Source: Zygnema circumcarinatum SAG 698-1b (taxonomy: Eukaryota > Plantae > Zygnematophyceae). From it: a DNA stretch of 64,000 nt. Below, one piece after another: positions 27,380-39,900 of the stretch. The stretch spans positions 558,001 through 622,000 of the forward strand of contig CM074817.1 of the NCBI GenBank assembly GCA_037447605.1, in the 5' to 3' direction. A program made the translations under genes and the position numbers. The notes under the pieces are model-generated. The model was given only the letters and a program-made list of their open reading frames with translations. It did no database searches and was not told where the DNA came from. Position 1 is the stretch's first letter. Each line of letters opens with the position of its first letter.

Positions 27380-29600
27380 TCATTGAAGTGTGAGCGATTT
27401 GAGGAGCTCCATCATCGTGGTAATCACCTCCTTCATCTGCGATCGCGAGTAGAGCGGCGCGGGGTACACGTTGGCCAAGTGCAGTCCGTCCTCGCGGATG
27501 GAGTCGAAAATGGCAAGGCACGGCCCCACCCCGTGGACGGAGGAGCAGCCCACGTAATCCTCAATGTGAAGCCTTTTGGCGTATTTCTGCACGCGGCATC
27601 ATGAGCGTGTCCAGATCAACAAGCGGCAACTTGCAGAGGGGAGCTTACGAGGACGGCACTTGGCATGTTACTGGGACCACCTGAAACAGCACCCAGCTTG
27701 AATAAGGCAGGCTACAAGCATCAGCAATTAAGGCGTACGAGTACATACCTGCATGATTTCATATAGTGTGTTCCAGAAAATGCAAAGCATTGACGTCCGA
27801 AGTGAGGAAGCCGGTGTCAGATTTGGATGCTCCATAGCCTGGAGCGGCTGCAGCAACAAATTAGTGCTTCTGGCCAGCAATAGCATACGTAAAATAAGAG
27901 GAGAATGCGGCAAGGCGGCATAGGCAAGCAGCTTCTGGGCAAGCATGCTGCTCTTCCGTTCAGAGAACAGAAGGAAAAATAAAGGTGCCAGTGCAGCATT
28001 CAGCTACTCAGATCACTCATATTGGACAGCATATCGAAGTGAGGCATGTGGAAAGTGTGGATAGAGGAGGAGGGCAGAGGTGGGAGAAAGGGGGTCCAAA
28101 ATGTTAAGTTGAGGGAGAGGGGATTGCCTTAGCCATGAGGAGGTTGAGGTCGCCCATATCCGTAAAGTGCTTACGATGCTTCATGGCGCCATCCACTGAC
28201 CTTTGGCAACGCCTTGCCAGATCCCACAACTCCGTTTCCTCCCCCACCTGGTGCGTGTGGAGCAGCGCAGAGTGGTAGAAACCTGTCCCACCCTCCCCAG
28301 CATAGACCTCACCAAGATAAGTCGATACACACTCCTACGATCCCGAACTCCCTTGACGACTGCAGAACCGACAACAATAATCTCTTCCTTGTAATGTGCC
28401 AGGAACCGGCATCCTAGTCCAGTTCCTGGGGTCGTCAAAAGCTCCGCATGCTCCCCAATTTCCGCTCCATTCAACAAAACACCTCAGAAATCCAAACATG
28501 ATGACCTGCACCTGCAGCAGCATGCTAAGCATGGGCAGTGCCGGGCCACCCACCCACGGCTCGCTGCGGCAGCGGCGGGCTGAGGAGGCCGCGGCAGTCC
28601 ACGAGCGTGGTCACCGCGTACTGCGCGCCGCCCCGCGCCCTCCGCCGCGAGGCCGCCGTCAGAGCGCACGCGCTGATCGCCGCCGTCAGAGTCACCTGCT
28701 CGCGCTCGCACCGCTGCTCCCCCCAACGACAACCATGCGCACGTACTTCAGAACGACAGGCAGACCTCTCATCAGCGGCGGGCAGCATGCTCGCTTGTCA
28801 TGCAATTCGCGTTTCTCCGCATTATTTTACAACACCTGCAGCAGGGCGTCGGTGTCTGCCCGATTGAGGCCGCTTCTGATGAGCTGCGAGCGGCGAGGCT
28901 CGTGAGGCTTCTGAAAGGGAAGGAGGGCGTGTCGCCGTGAGCCCAACCCATAGCCTGCCTCACAAAACGAACAACTCCAATCGCTCACACTTCAAGTTGT
29001 CGAGCTGTCCTGTATGGCCAGAATGCAGGCCACCGTGTAGACTGTATGGAATGGCGTATGCGCTCTCAATCAACATTCAACCATTGCAATAGGTCAAATC
29101 TAAATGCAACACAGAAAGGACTGTAGAACGAATAGCACGCCAGAATCATCTACGGAGGCCCTTTGAATGACCGGAATATTGCTTCAGCTCACCTATAACA
29201 TCAACACCGTGTGCCCAAAAAGGTTTGCGTCTCTCTCCCCTCGGCACAGCATCCTCCACACACGGCAAACAGAGGTCCCTCCCCTCCCCCTCCCCCTCCC
29301 CCTCGGCCTCCCCCTCCTCCGGCGGGCCCCCTGGCGGCCCCCCCTCCTGCACCTCGACAAGCGCTGCGAGGAGCGCCCCCGTGATCACGGCCGCCGCCAC
29401 GCGGTCGCAGGCGCACGTGTGAAGCCGCAGGACGACCAGGGAGCGCCCGTGTTGCAGCCTGCAGGACCCGCAGACCTCATCTGCACTCAGAATGCTGCGG
29501 AAATCGCAGCTAATTTGAACGTGACAAAAGTAGGCTCATCACATTGAACCCGCATACAGTAAGGCGGAAAGCGGAAAAGCTCACACTGTAAGACGAGCGC

Positions 29601-29640
<40 letters not shown>

Positions 29641-31241
29641 CTAGACAGAGATTTACCCAGGAGCACCCGTGATACACAGGGGCAATGCAGCTTGCAGGAG
29701 GGGACAAGTGTGTGTGTGTGCGTGAGGGACTCCACAAGTCCTCGGCAGATGCATAGGTGCATGGCGACATGCAGAATGCGTGCCTGTAGAGCCGCACTTG
29801 TAGAAGGTTGAGCGGCTCCCGCAGGTCCCCGCGCGGCCCCCCCTGCGGGCCCCAGGTTCGGTTCATCTCGGCCTCGACGATCTTGAGCCAGCGCGCCTGG
29901 CAGAGGCTGAGGCGGAAGCTCTCCCCGCGGCCCAACAGGCTGAAGGGCCCCTCCGCAGGAGACGTGCACTCGGCATCGCATCCCGCCGCTCCGCCTGCGT
30001 GCTCCGCCTCCTCCTCCTCCTCCTCCTCCTCCTCCTCCTCCTCCTCCTCCTCCTCCTCCTCCTCTTCTGAGGCGCCACTGCCGTCCTCTAACGCATCGTA
30101 GAAAGTGTCTCCCTCGGCATCCACCTCCTCTGACGCGGTCGAGAACTGCTCTTTTCTTGCATGTGCACTGCTGACATCATGACTTGCAGCAGGTTGAGCG
30201 GGGAGGCACTGGCCTTCCACGGAGCTTTGTGGGCCGGAGGGGAAGTCCTCATCTTCTGAATCCGAAGGAGGCTCCCATCCCTCCACTACCTCCACCTCAA
30301 CATTGGACCTCTCTGCCACCTGTGCCAACGACACCCGCAACGCAGTGAGTCAAGGCAGATTGTACCATACTGCAGGACACAAGAGTACTTATTGACTTAT
30401 TAATACTTACTTACTTACTTATTATTTTTTTTCTCATTGCCCGAAACTTCCATCAGGAAAGGTGAAAATTTTATATCAGACAAAGCTTCCAAGGTTGCGT
30501 CCGTCCCGTTGCAGATATAACAGCCTTCCACAACTCAAAACGACTAGGCAATTCGAAAATTCATCGAGTGTGTAACCACTTCCTGAGTATCCTAGCCTCA
30601 GTTCCAATTGCCGTGAAGCTTTTGCAAGTACTCGCAAGGTAAGTGTTTCCTTTTCATGTTGCAGCGAAACAACAGTGCGCACGCATACAACCGCACATGC
30701 TCTGCAACAAGCAGCTCCACGAGCAGCGCGATCGGAGGAGACCTGGAAGGCGTGGCGGCCGCCTTTGAGCGGCACAAGGCACGAGCGCGCGCGGGGGTGC
30801 GCCCTCTGCACGCGCTCCACCGCCGCCTGCAGCGCGCCGGCCGCCAGCGGCGCGTTCAGCAGCAGGCCCACCACCGTGTTGCCGGTCCCGCCAGCTACGG
30901 CTCGGGTCCAGTTCTGCGCCCGCGGGCCCCCCCTTCCCCGCTCCGCACTTCACAGGCCGCCCTGAACACGGGAAGAGAATGCGGGAAGGAGCACCACCAG
31001 CTCCTGCTGCTCGAAGAACCTCGGCTGCTCAGCCTCCTTCCAGTATCCCTCACGGCGCAGCGCCGAGGAAGAGGCCCCGAGGGACTTCAGCGGAAGTGCG
31101 CACCTGCTCCGTGCTGCCGAGCGGCCGGTCGAGCGCGCCGCTCCCGGCCTGCCCTCGCGCCCTGCCCGCCTCCATCTCCGCCTCCGCCTCCCCGCGCCTC
31201 TCCGCATCTCCCTCCGGCGGCCGCAGCGAGTCGGCCGCCAT
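27380..31241 (-). CDS. Condensation-domain / alcohol-acetyltransferase-like protein (resembles the Arabidopsis AT3G52610 family)
   Basis: Exons: RPLGSTEQ|NWTRAVAGGTGNTVVGLLL; RLHTCACDRVAA (HxxxxD-type motif); KPFWAHGVDVIG; YAVTTLVDCRGLLSPPL; GFYHSALLHTH...LWDLARRC...KHFTDMGDLNLLMAK; AMEHPNLTPASSLRTS; IEDYVGCSSVHGVGPCLAIFDSIR...VYPAPLYSRSQM. All match that plant family as I recall it. Confidence 0.8.
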
Positions 31242-32074
31242 GGCGGGGGGCCGAGGGCGAGGGCGAGGGCGCGAGGCGGTACATCATGGCGGCCCAGCGG
31301 CCGGAGGGCGGGTGGGCGGGCGGGCGTTATTGGATAACGCCCGCCCGCCCGCCCCCGCGCCAGGCCGCGCCACGTGGCGCGTGGTCCCCACGGCGCGGAG
31401 ATACGGCTCCCCGCCAGGCATCGTCAAATTGGGGCAACAAAAAACTCAGGAACTCCCCCTGCGGTTTAGAGACGGAAAGGAAACCCGACGCGCGTCCGCG
31501 CACGCCGTTCGTCACGTCACGGTTTTGGATGCGAACGAGTTTCTGCAAGCGAGCGGTGGTGCGGTCAGTCAGTACGTCTGGGGGCGCGTCGTCCGGCAAG
31601 TTGACTTGCACTTTTCGCACAGTTGACTTGCCACCGGTGCGGGGCAGGTTCGGCAAGACCATCATTATCAGTCACCAGTCACTTTTCTTTTCACAGATGT
31701 TACTGATCGATCGCCCTCAGTTCAATGAAATTTTCATTCCTCAGTTCGTCCACTTTCGTGAAGTCCGATACCCACCCTCTACTGGAAGGGGCCGCTTGCC
31801 CTGCCTGCCTGCCGTACCGTATGGCTCTGGCTCCGGCTCTTGCTGGCTGGCCCGGGCCCGAGTGCCGCCCCCAACGGCCCTCGGCGCTGGCGGCCGTCCG
31901 TGCGATCGCGGCCGTCCATCCGTCCGATCGAGCGGCGGGCGGAGGGCCCGAGGGCGGGCCGGCGGGCGGCCTTCTCGGCGACTTCCTTCGTTCGCGCCCG
32001 CCCGTCCCCATCGTTCGAGGAGAGGAGGCCCGCCCTAGTCCGTAGGCCCTAGGCCCTAGGCCCTCCCCGCGCGC

Positions 32075-32577
32075 CACGTGGGGAGGGCGCAGCGCGCACC
32101 TCCAAGAAACACACACACCCCCACGCGTGATCTATCGGACGGCAGCGCGGCGTCGTGGCTCGTCCGTGTGGATCGGACGGTGCGCGACAGCGGGGAGCCT
32201 CAGTTTGGGAAACACGAGCCGATGGTGGCCAGGCAGCCAGTCCGCGGCGGCCACGTGGCAGGGGCGGCGGGCCCGGCCCCAACCAACGGACGGCCGCGAG
32301 GCGGCGGCGCCTTGGCGCGCCACGTCGCAGCGCGCGGGCGCACGCGGCCCGGCGGCCGTACCGTACGGGGGCAGCGCGGGGGGCCCACGTGGCGGCCCGA
32401 TGCGCCCGCCCGGGCGCCATCGGACGGCCGAGCGCGCCCGCACGCGGCGGGCGATCTTTCCCAGTGCCGCACGCGCGAGATGCCCCCCCCGGGGCCTCCA
32501 CAGGTGGCGGGGGACAGGTGGCAGCGCAAGGGAGACAGGCGCTGGGGGCTGCTTCGCTTGCGACCTTGCGCCACGTG
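32075..32577. promoter_or_regulatory. Cluster of G-box/ABRE elements upstream of the ABF gene
   Basis: CACGTG at 32075, 32252, 32386 and 32572, mostly as CCACGTGG(C). A GACGTGGC ABRE lies on the minus strand at ~32319-32326, and a perfect GCCACGTGGC at 31369-31378. Confidence 0.6.
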
Positions 32578-32891
32578 GCACCTCCCTGCAGAGGGGGCGG
32601 GGGCAGACGGCGGAGGGAGTGGGGCGGGGGAGAGAGAGAGAGGGGAGGGGAAGGGCGGCCTGGAAGAAGGAAGGAGTGATTGGGGCGAGGCGAGGCGAGG
32701 GACGACTGCAAGCAGAAAAAGAAAAAAGAAACAGGGCGGCCGGGAAACGGAAGGGGATTGCAAGAAAGAGACAAAATCCAGGTTTGCAAGAAGGCAAGGG
32801 GGCGGCGAGCGGGAAGAGGTCGCGGCGAGGGGTGCAGGACATGGTGTAATGTGAGGGGGCGAGCGGGGTATAAGTAGATAGGGGGGCCGCT

Positions 32892-34830
32892 ATGGCGTCG
32901 CAGGCGGCAGTGCAGGGGGGGGCAGGGGGCGCGCAGGGGCAGCAGCTGGGTGCCAACGGAAACGGCATGTACGGCTCGAGCTATGGCGGGCGCGCTGGCG
33001 CATCCGCTTACCCTAATCTCCCGCGCCAGGCGTCCATATATACACTCACCCTCGATGAGTTTCAGAACGCCATCAGTGAGCATGGGCAGAAACCTAATTT
33101 TGGAAGCATGAACATGGACGAGTTCTTGAAGAGCGTGTGGACTGCCGAGGAGAGTCAGGCCATGGCTGCTGCGCTGGCCGCCGGCGCAGACCAGCAGCAG
33201 ATGGGGCTGATGCGGCAGGCGTCCATGGAGCGGCAGAACAGCCTGACGCTGCCGCGCACGCTGAGCCGCAAGACCGTGGACGAGGTCTGGCGCGACATCG
33301 CCGCCGGTCCGGAGGCCGCGGGGGGGCTCGCGCAGCGGCAGGCCACCTTCGGGGAGATGACGCTCGAGGACTTCCTGGTCAAGGCGGGCGTCGTGCGAGA
33401 AGACATGGCGCCTGCCCCCGGCAAGGGCATGGAGGCCAACGGGTCGCAGGCCACGACGAGCGCCACTCTCGCAGCCATACAGAACGCCGCGAACCAGCGG
33501 CAGGCGGAATGGATCAACTTTCAGCTCAGCCACGCAGCGATCGCGCAGCAGCAGCAGCAGCAGATGCTGCAGCAGCAGGCGGAGGCTGCCGCGGCCTTTG
33601 CCAGCGCGCACAAGAGGGCGCCGGCCGGCGCTCTTACCATCGCCATCCCGGCATTGGCGGAGCGCAACGCCGTGTCCGTGGCGGACGCGCAGCCGCTGAG
33701 CCCGACCAGCACCGATAACGGCGTCACGACGGCGCTGGCGGGGGAGGACACGCCGCGGGGGAAGAAGCGGGCGCCGGGCGAGGTCGTGGAGAAGGTGGTC
33801 GAGCGCCGCCAGAGGCGCATGATCAAGAATCGCGAATCAGCCGCGAGGTCTAGGGCGCGGAAGCAGGTGATCTGCGGAAACAGAACTTTGAAATACAACT
33901 CTTTTGGGGAAATTGCATGAAACAGGCTCTAGCCATTTGGAGGGATTCGAATCACGCTTTCTTTTTGGGTACGGGTATTGACTTGACTGGTTTTGAAAGA
34001 GTGCTCAAAATCTTGATTTCCAAGGTGCCGTTTTGAAGGTGCCGCTACTCTGCTCAGAGCCGAGAAATTGCTCCAAAGCCTCCTTTGTGTAGGAGATTTT
34101 TTTTAGAGGGCTGCTCATGACTCCAATGAAAAGTGGAAGGTGCTAGTCTATCTCTGCAATGAGTTTTCACAAACATCATTCATGAAGCATGAACCAATTC
34201 TGTCGAGGGCAGGCTTACACTGTGGAGTTGGAGGCGGAGATCACAATGCTGAAGGATGACAACGTTCGGCTGAAGAATCTCCTGGTGAGATGCTCAATCC
34301 TGCCGAGCAAAAGTGCAGCAGCGGAGTTGTGAGGGCAGGCAGGAGAACGCGTTTTCCAAGTGCTGTATCGAGGGTTCAAGGACCGAGTGACAGAAAGGCT
34401 CAGCAGCATGCTTGAAGGAGCTGTTGAAGAGAACGAATGGGAGAAGTCTAAAACCGCAAGAAAGTTTGGGTGGGAAGGGTGTGCAGGCCATGGAAGAAGA
34501 GCGGAGGAGAAAGCTGGTACGTGTGCGTTTGCTCTGAGGCCTGCCTCGTAGGGCTGTTATACATCTTGTAGGGTGATGAGCTTTGGGTTACAGCTGAGTT
34601 TTCTGAAATGGCACGTTGTTGAGGGGTGGAGGTCATTGATCCACAGGCTCGGAGGAGGCCTGAACTGATCTGCTTGTGAAAGTCATGGCACAAGCGAGGC
34701 ATGTGGATAATCATGGCATTTGTTGCTGCCTCGTGCGCAGGCTATGGAGACAATCGCCCCCCGGGTGAAGCAGAATAAAGACGTAAATGTGAAGCCTGTT
34801 TTGCGGCGCTGCCGAACTGGGCCCTGGTAG
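32892..34830 (+). CDS. ABF: Group A bZIP transcription factor (ABF/AREB/ABI5 family)
   Basis: C1 LPRQASIYTLTLDEFQ...GSMNMDEFLKSVW; C2 RQNSLTLPRTLSRKTVDEVWRDI; C3 RQATFGEMTLEDFLVKAGVV; basic region ERRQRRMIKNRESAARSRARKQ|AYTVELEAE (exon ~34212-34283); C4 LRRCRTGPW* ending at 34830. Confidence 0.96.
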
Positions 34831-36986
34831 AGCTGGAGATGGAGTGCAGCTGAAACCCTAAATGCCGCAAAAGCCATTCGAGGCTTTTGTGGGGTTGGAG
34901 ACCGGCACCCTCTCTATGCTCGAGCGGGCAGGGCGGCTGCTTCTGCGGCGCTGCCTGGCGAGCATGGCCACGGGGTGAGCGGCCACGGCCCGCAGGAGGC
35001 GGGCCAGGCCCCGCGCCCGCACCTCCTCTCCTCTCCTCGAAGCGGCCCACTCGCGTGCTGAGCCGACGAGGATGCCTGTATACAACTATGCCCCCTCCTC
35101 CCCTTTTTCCTCGCCTTTTCCCATTTCCTTTCCCCCCTCCCCCTCTCTCTCTCTCTCTCTTTCACTCTCCCACACTGTTGTCTCGTCTGCGTCGAAAGCT
35201 TCTCGTCAATTTGCGTAGGCAGTGGGCACATGGTCTTTATTCCTGGTCGTTTACAAGAACCTCTGTACAGTGAATGGGAGTGCGTGGCAGAAGAAGGTGC
35301 CACTTTTGTAGCTTTGACAGTTTCAGCAACAGCAGTACGGCAAAAGACCAAGAAGGAAGGCCCTTCATGGCTAGCGTGGCGCACAGCTAGAGTAGTTGTG
35401 CTTTTGTTCATTGCAATATAATCTGCTCCGTTTCCCAGTCCATATCCCGCTCCCTGTGAAGTGTGTCATGGCCTTCAGTTTGTCAGCCTTCCCTTTGGAA
35501 CTGTGAGTGTGCGCGGTCTGAAGTCCGCGCTGTAGTTGTCGCACCGCTGAAAGAAAGATTGATCATTACTGGGGCTGCGGCCGTCGGTCCATGCTGCGGC
35601 TGTGGTCGGGCGGAAGCAGCAGGCGGCCGACGAAGCTGTGTGCCGCCTGGAAGCGCAACGCGGTGATTGGCCCGTTTGTGCGGCGGTCAAAGCTGCAGGG
35701 AGTCGTGCCATGGCTAGCATTGCGAGGGTCTCACGTGCTTCCCTTTGTGACTCCCCTACAGGAGGGTTGAGTCCCCCTCGCTGCCTCTGGATGCGAGATT
35801 GGGACTGGACAAATCGAAATATTCACCAGTGGATCCGCCATTGGCATGCTAGCTAATTCCATTGTTTGAACCGCTGCTATATAATAGGCTTGTTGTGCTG
35901 TGCAGTTCAGTACTGTTTTTTTTCAGTTGTTACAGTGCCCATTTCCATTTTTCTGAAATGCAGCCCACCTCTGTTTCTCGGTTTTCAAAAAAATAGTGTT
36001 GGACTTTCTTCAAAGTAATCATGTTTAACGGAAACTCGAAGCTATCGGATTGTCTTCAGTTGAACATTTGAAGCTGTTCTGTTCATTTTCCCCACCTACG
36101 CACGCACGTTCCAGCCATTCGCCAGTCACGATTTGATCGACTGTCCGGTTAATCGCTTGTCGACGCTTCAATATCAGACTAATCCGGCTCGATTGGACAT
36201 TGAGGAACTGGTTCTGAATAATTTTCGAAATGGGATAGTTAGATATTTGGTTCAGCTGTACTGAAGGAAGGAAAATGTCGTTGAACTCAAGACTGTACTG
36301 AAGGGCTTTGTATAGGATTACAGTACTGTGTACTACTAGATACCATATTTCCGGCTCTGAGAATCACAATGTTTCTTACTATTTTTCAAATTACAATTCA
36401 TTTCGGGTTCCATTTGCTTGATGTTCCTGTACCAGTATTGGATTGTGTAATAGCTTTGCTTTTTGGAGCGCAAGAACCAGTTGGCACAGAGTTGACGCAC
36501 CCGACACGGACGGCCAGTGGCTCAATCCAGTTAGGGCATGCATGAGACTGCAAGAGTTAATTTACATCGTCCTGCACTGGAGCTAACTGCTATGATGTCA
36601 GGGAGCCACACGGTCCCGTTACAATGGAGAATCCTAAACTAGCTACTGTAAAGGAAATAACGGTTAGAAGCTTGTACGGGCGGCTGCGTGTGCCGCCTTT
36701 GCGAGGGGCAGACCGGCTCCAAGGGAGCTCTGCAGCCCGCGCTGTCCTGGGCGGGCGCGCCACGCGACATGGCGCCGCGGCGCGTCCTTGTTTACACGTG
36801 GAAAGCAGAAGCAGCTCTAGCTGCCGCCACACCTTTATTTTGCGTTGCGAAAGCCACGTGGTGGGGATTGATTATACATCGGCGGCGAGCTCGTCTTTGT
36901 TGAGCTGCCTGTGTGTGGGTTACGAGTGAGAGGAGAGCCTGCCCTGCCTGCCCTGCCCTGCCCTGCCCTGCGAGGGTGGCCAGCGG

Positions 36987-39900
36987 TCACAGACAGCGCG
37001 CCAGCACCTCGCTGGCCGTCGGCCGCAGTTCCGGCTGGCGGTGGAGCAGCATCCGCACGAGCCGAGTGAGCGCGTCCGACCTGCCAGGTGGCAGCGCGAC
37101 CGCGCCCTCCCGAGGGGGCCCCGAGCGCGGCAGCTGCTGCCCTGCGGCGACCTCGTAGAGCATGGCGCCAAAACTGTACATGTCGGACGCGGGGCTCGGC
37201 TCGCTGTCCTTGAGCAGCTCCGGGGCCACGTAGGCGCCGTCCCCTTCCTCCCAGTCCCACTGCTTCCTCAGCACCGCCAGCCCAAAGTCTCCAATCTTCA
37301 AGTCACCTGGGAACCATCTCGAGAAAAGGAGTGGTGAATGCATGCCCCACATTATCTTATACACGCGAACCAACACGTCCCCTTTCCCTCTCCCTCTCCC
37401 TCTCCCTCTCTCTCTCTCTCTCCTCTTTCGTCCTCACTCTCTCTCGCACACGACGGCACACACGCCTACACACTAGTACGAGCTGCTGCAATGTGCAATG
37501 GAACGCCTACTTACCGTGCGCATCGAGAAACACATTGTCCGGCTTGACGTCCAGATGTAGCACCCCCGCGGCATGGATGTGCTCCAGACCAGAAGCAATC
37601 TGCCGCACAAACGTCCAGATCTGCAGCCGCCGCTTCTTCCCCTTTATAATATTAGTGGGAACCACATGCCCGCTGACAACCCCATTAGGTCCAACACTAC
37701 GAAACATGAAAGTGGACAGAAGGACCGGAAAGAAAGTCTTGAGCGTCCAAAACCAGCCTGTAGAGAACGAACCGACAGGGCTCCCACTCCCTCTCGCCAT
37801 GGCCGGATGCGTATTTACTCTCTTGCCCAACTAAGTGCCAAATGCTTGTAAATGCCTCGCCTCAGGTTTTCCTTCACTTTCCTTTCCTTCCCTGAGTGGT
37901 CGGGACGCACCTGCGGCTCCGGCAGGGGGTCGGCGAGGGTGTCGAGCAGCGCCCGGAGGCTGCCCCCCTCGCAGAGTTCCATCTGGATGTAGAAGTGCGC
38001 GTCCTGCTGCCACCCGCGGTAGCACTTCACCACGTGCGGGTGCTCCGCGAGCGCGGCCGCGCTCTGCAGTTCGTGGAGGTACCGCTCGCGGTCGTCGCGG
38101 CTGCGGAACTGCCGCCGACTCATCTTCACGGCGCAGAGGGCGCCCCGCCGCCGGTCGCGAGCTTCGTACACCTGCGACCGCAACAGCAGCAGACGGCTCA
38201 ACGCTTGCATACGCAGTCGTCAACAATGAAATCTTGGCTAATTCTCCAAATTCGTTACTGGTGACCATCCTTTTTTGTTCGTTATTGAAGTGACTGACTA
38301 CGATTTTCATATAATTTAATTCTTATATGCGACAGGTGGTGTACTTGGAGGGTCGAATGACCAGCCACGAGGGAGGACTTACGTCTACTTCAAAAGCTCA
38401 TTTTACAACACCCGCCCCAAGAAACCTTTGTTGTCCTTCTAAAGAAGCAAGAGCGAGTTACGAAAAGAGACTATGAAAATAAACAAACAATAAAAGACAT
38501 GTGATCTCAGTCCTGGCGGCTTCAGTTGGTTTTGAATCCACAACGGGCGTGGCATCGACTTCTTGTGAAGATCGCCAGATTCGCCACTCGGACTTTGACT
38601 GCAAGGTTCCTTTGGGGGCTGAAATCATGTCCGACTCAAATGCGGCAGCGGACAGAGAGACGTACCGTGCTTGAAGAACCACGTCCAATTTCTCGAAGAA
38701 ACTCAAAATGGCGATCAAATGTGAAGACACTGAAGGAGCGCTTCAGATGAGTCGTCAAGAGCAGCTTCGTGTCGTTCAGACTGCTCTGCCGCGCCAACTC
38801 CTTCGTCCTGCTCCCTCCCCCGCAGGCAATGTCAGTCCCCCCCCTTCCTCTGAACCCCCTTACAGCCCCCCTCCCCCCGCCCGCACCCCCACATGCCCCC
38901 CCCCTGCAGGCGAGCCCGCCCCTCCCTCCTGACAACACAACAGGGCGGCGGAGGGTGCCCACCGCGCGTTGGGCGCGTCCGGACACTCGAGGCGGAGCGG
39001 GCTGCAGGGGGCGCTGGGCGTGGTGGGAGACCCGGGCTCGCTGCCGGCCTCCATGGCCGCTCGCGGCGCCCGGCTGCCGGGCAGGGCCGCCTCGGCGACT
39101 TCCTCCGCCGGGAATCTGAACCTGCTCGGCGCGTGGCTGTACCCCTCGGAGCCCTCCGTCTGAACAACAGAGGCATGCACGGGAAAGCAGCTGCCATGAA
39201 TCGCATCGCACATAGGAGGCATCTAACCTGGAAAACGAAGTCGTCCTCATATTGAGCACACAGTGCAGGCAGCAGAGACGCACCTCGGAATCTTCCCGGA
39301 GGTGGCGGCCCGCCACAGCAGACTCCTCCGAGACGGTGAGCCTCCTGGGCACGTCAATGAAGCAGCGCCGCAGGCCCGCTTGCCGCACAGACCGGCCCGA
39401 GCGGGGCAGGCTTTCTCCATGGCTGCTGCTGGAGGAGACCTCCTGCGCTCCTCTGCCATTCTCCATCCCTGAGTCGGCTGGGCAGGTTGCGGCCACGCCC
39501 TCCATGGCAGGAGAGCGCACCTCCATCGGAGATAGGATGTCCGGACCAGGCCCTGCTCTCCACAAAACGCACTCAGTTTCATTGCTTCCACGCGATGCTC
39601 TACCCTTCGACAAAAAGCATGCATTGATCCGTACAGGTGAGAGCATACCCATAAGCACACTAACAGGAGAAGCTTCAGGAGCCTTCGATTTAGACATAGG
39701 TGGCGACCTCATCGCCATAGCTGCGGCTGCTTCTGTGATTCCCTCTACCAATAACAATGCTGAGCTCTTTCTGCTCCGCCCCCGGCGACTAGGGGTGCCC
39801 TTCGCCACTGGCGGCACCCCCCTGCGGTGCGCAGAGGGGGGAGGCGTGGCCGCCCGCGCCCCCCGCTCTGCTCCTCCCGCCCCTGCCCCCGTCCCCGTCC

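Noticed and set aside
30656-32968. Overlapping Arg/Pro/Gly/Ala-rich ORFs on both strands
   Set aside because: These are stop-poor GC-rich promoter or antisense frames. The real exons are those of the acyltransferase-like and ABF genes.
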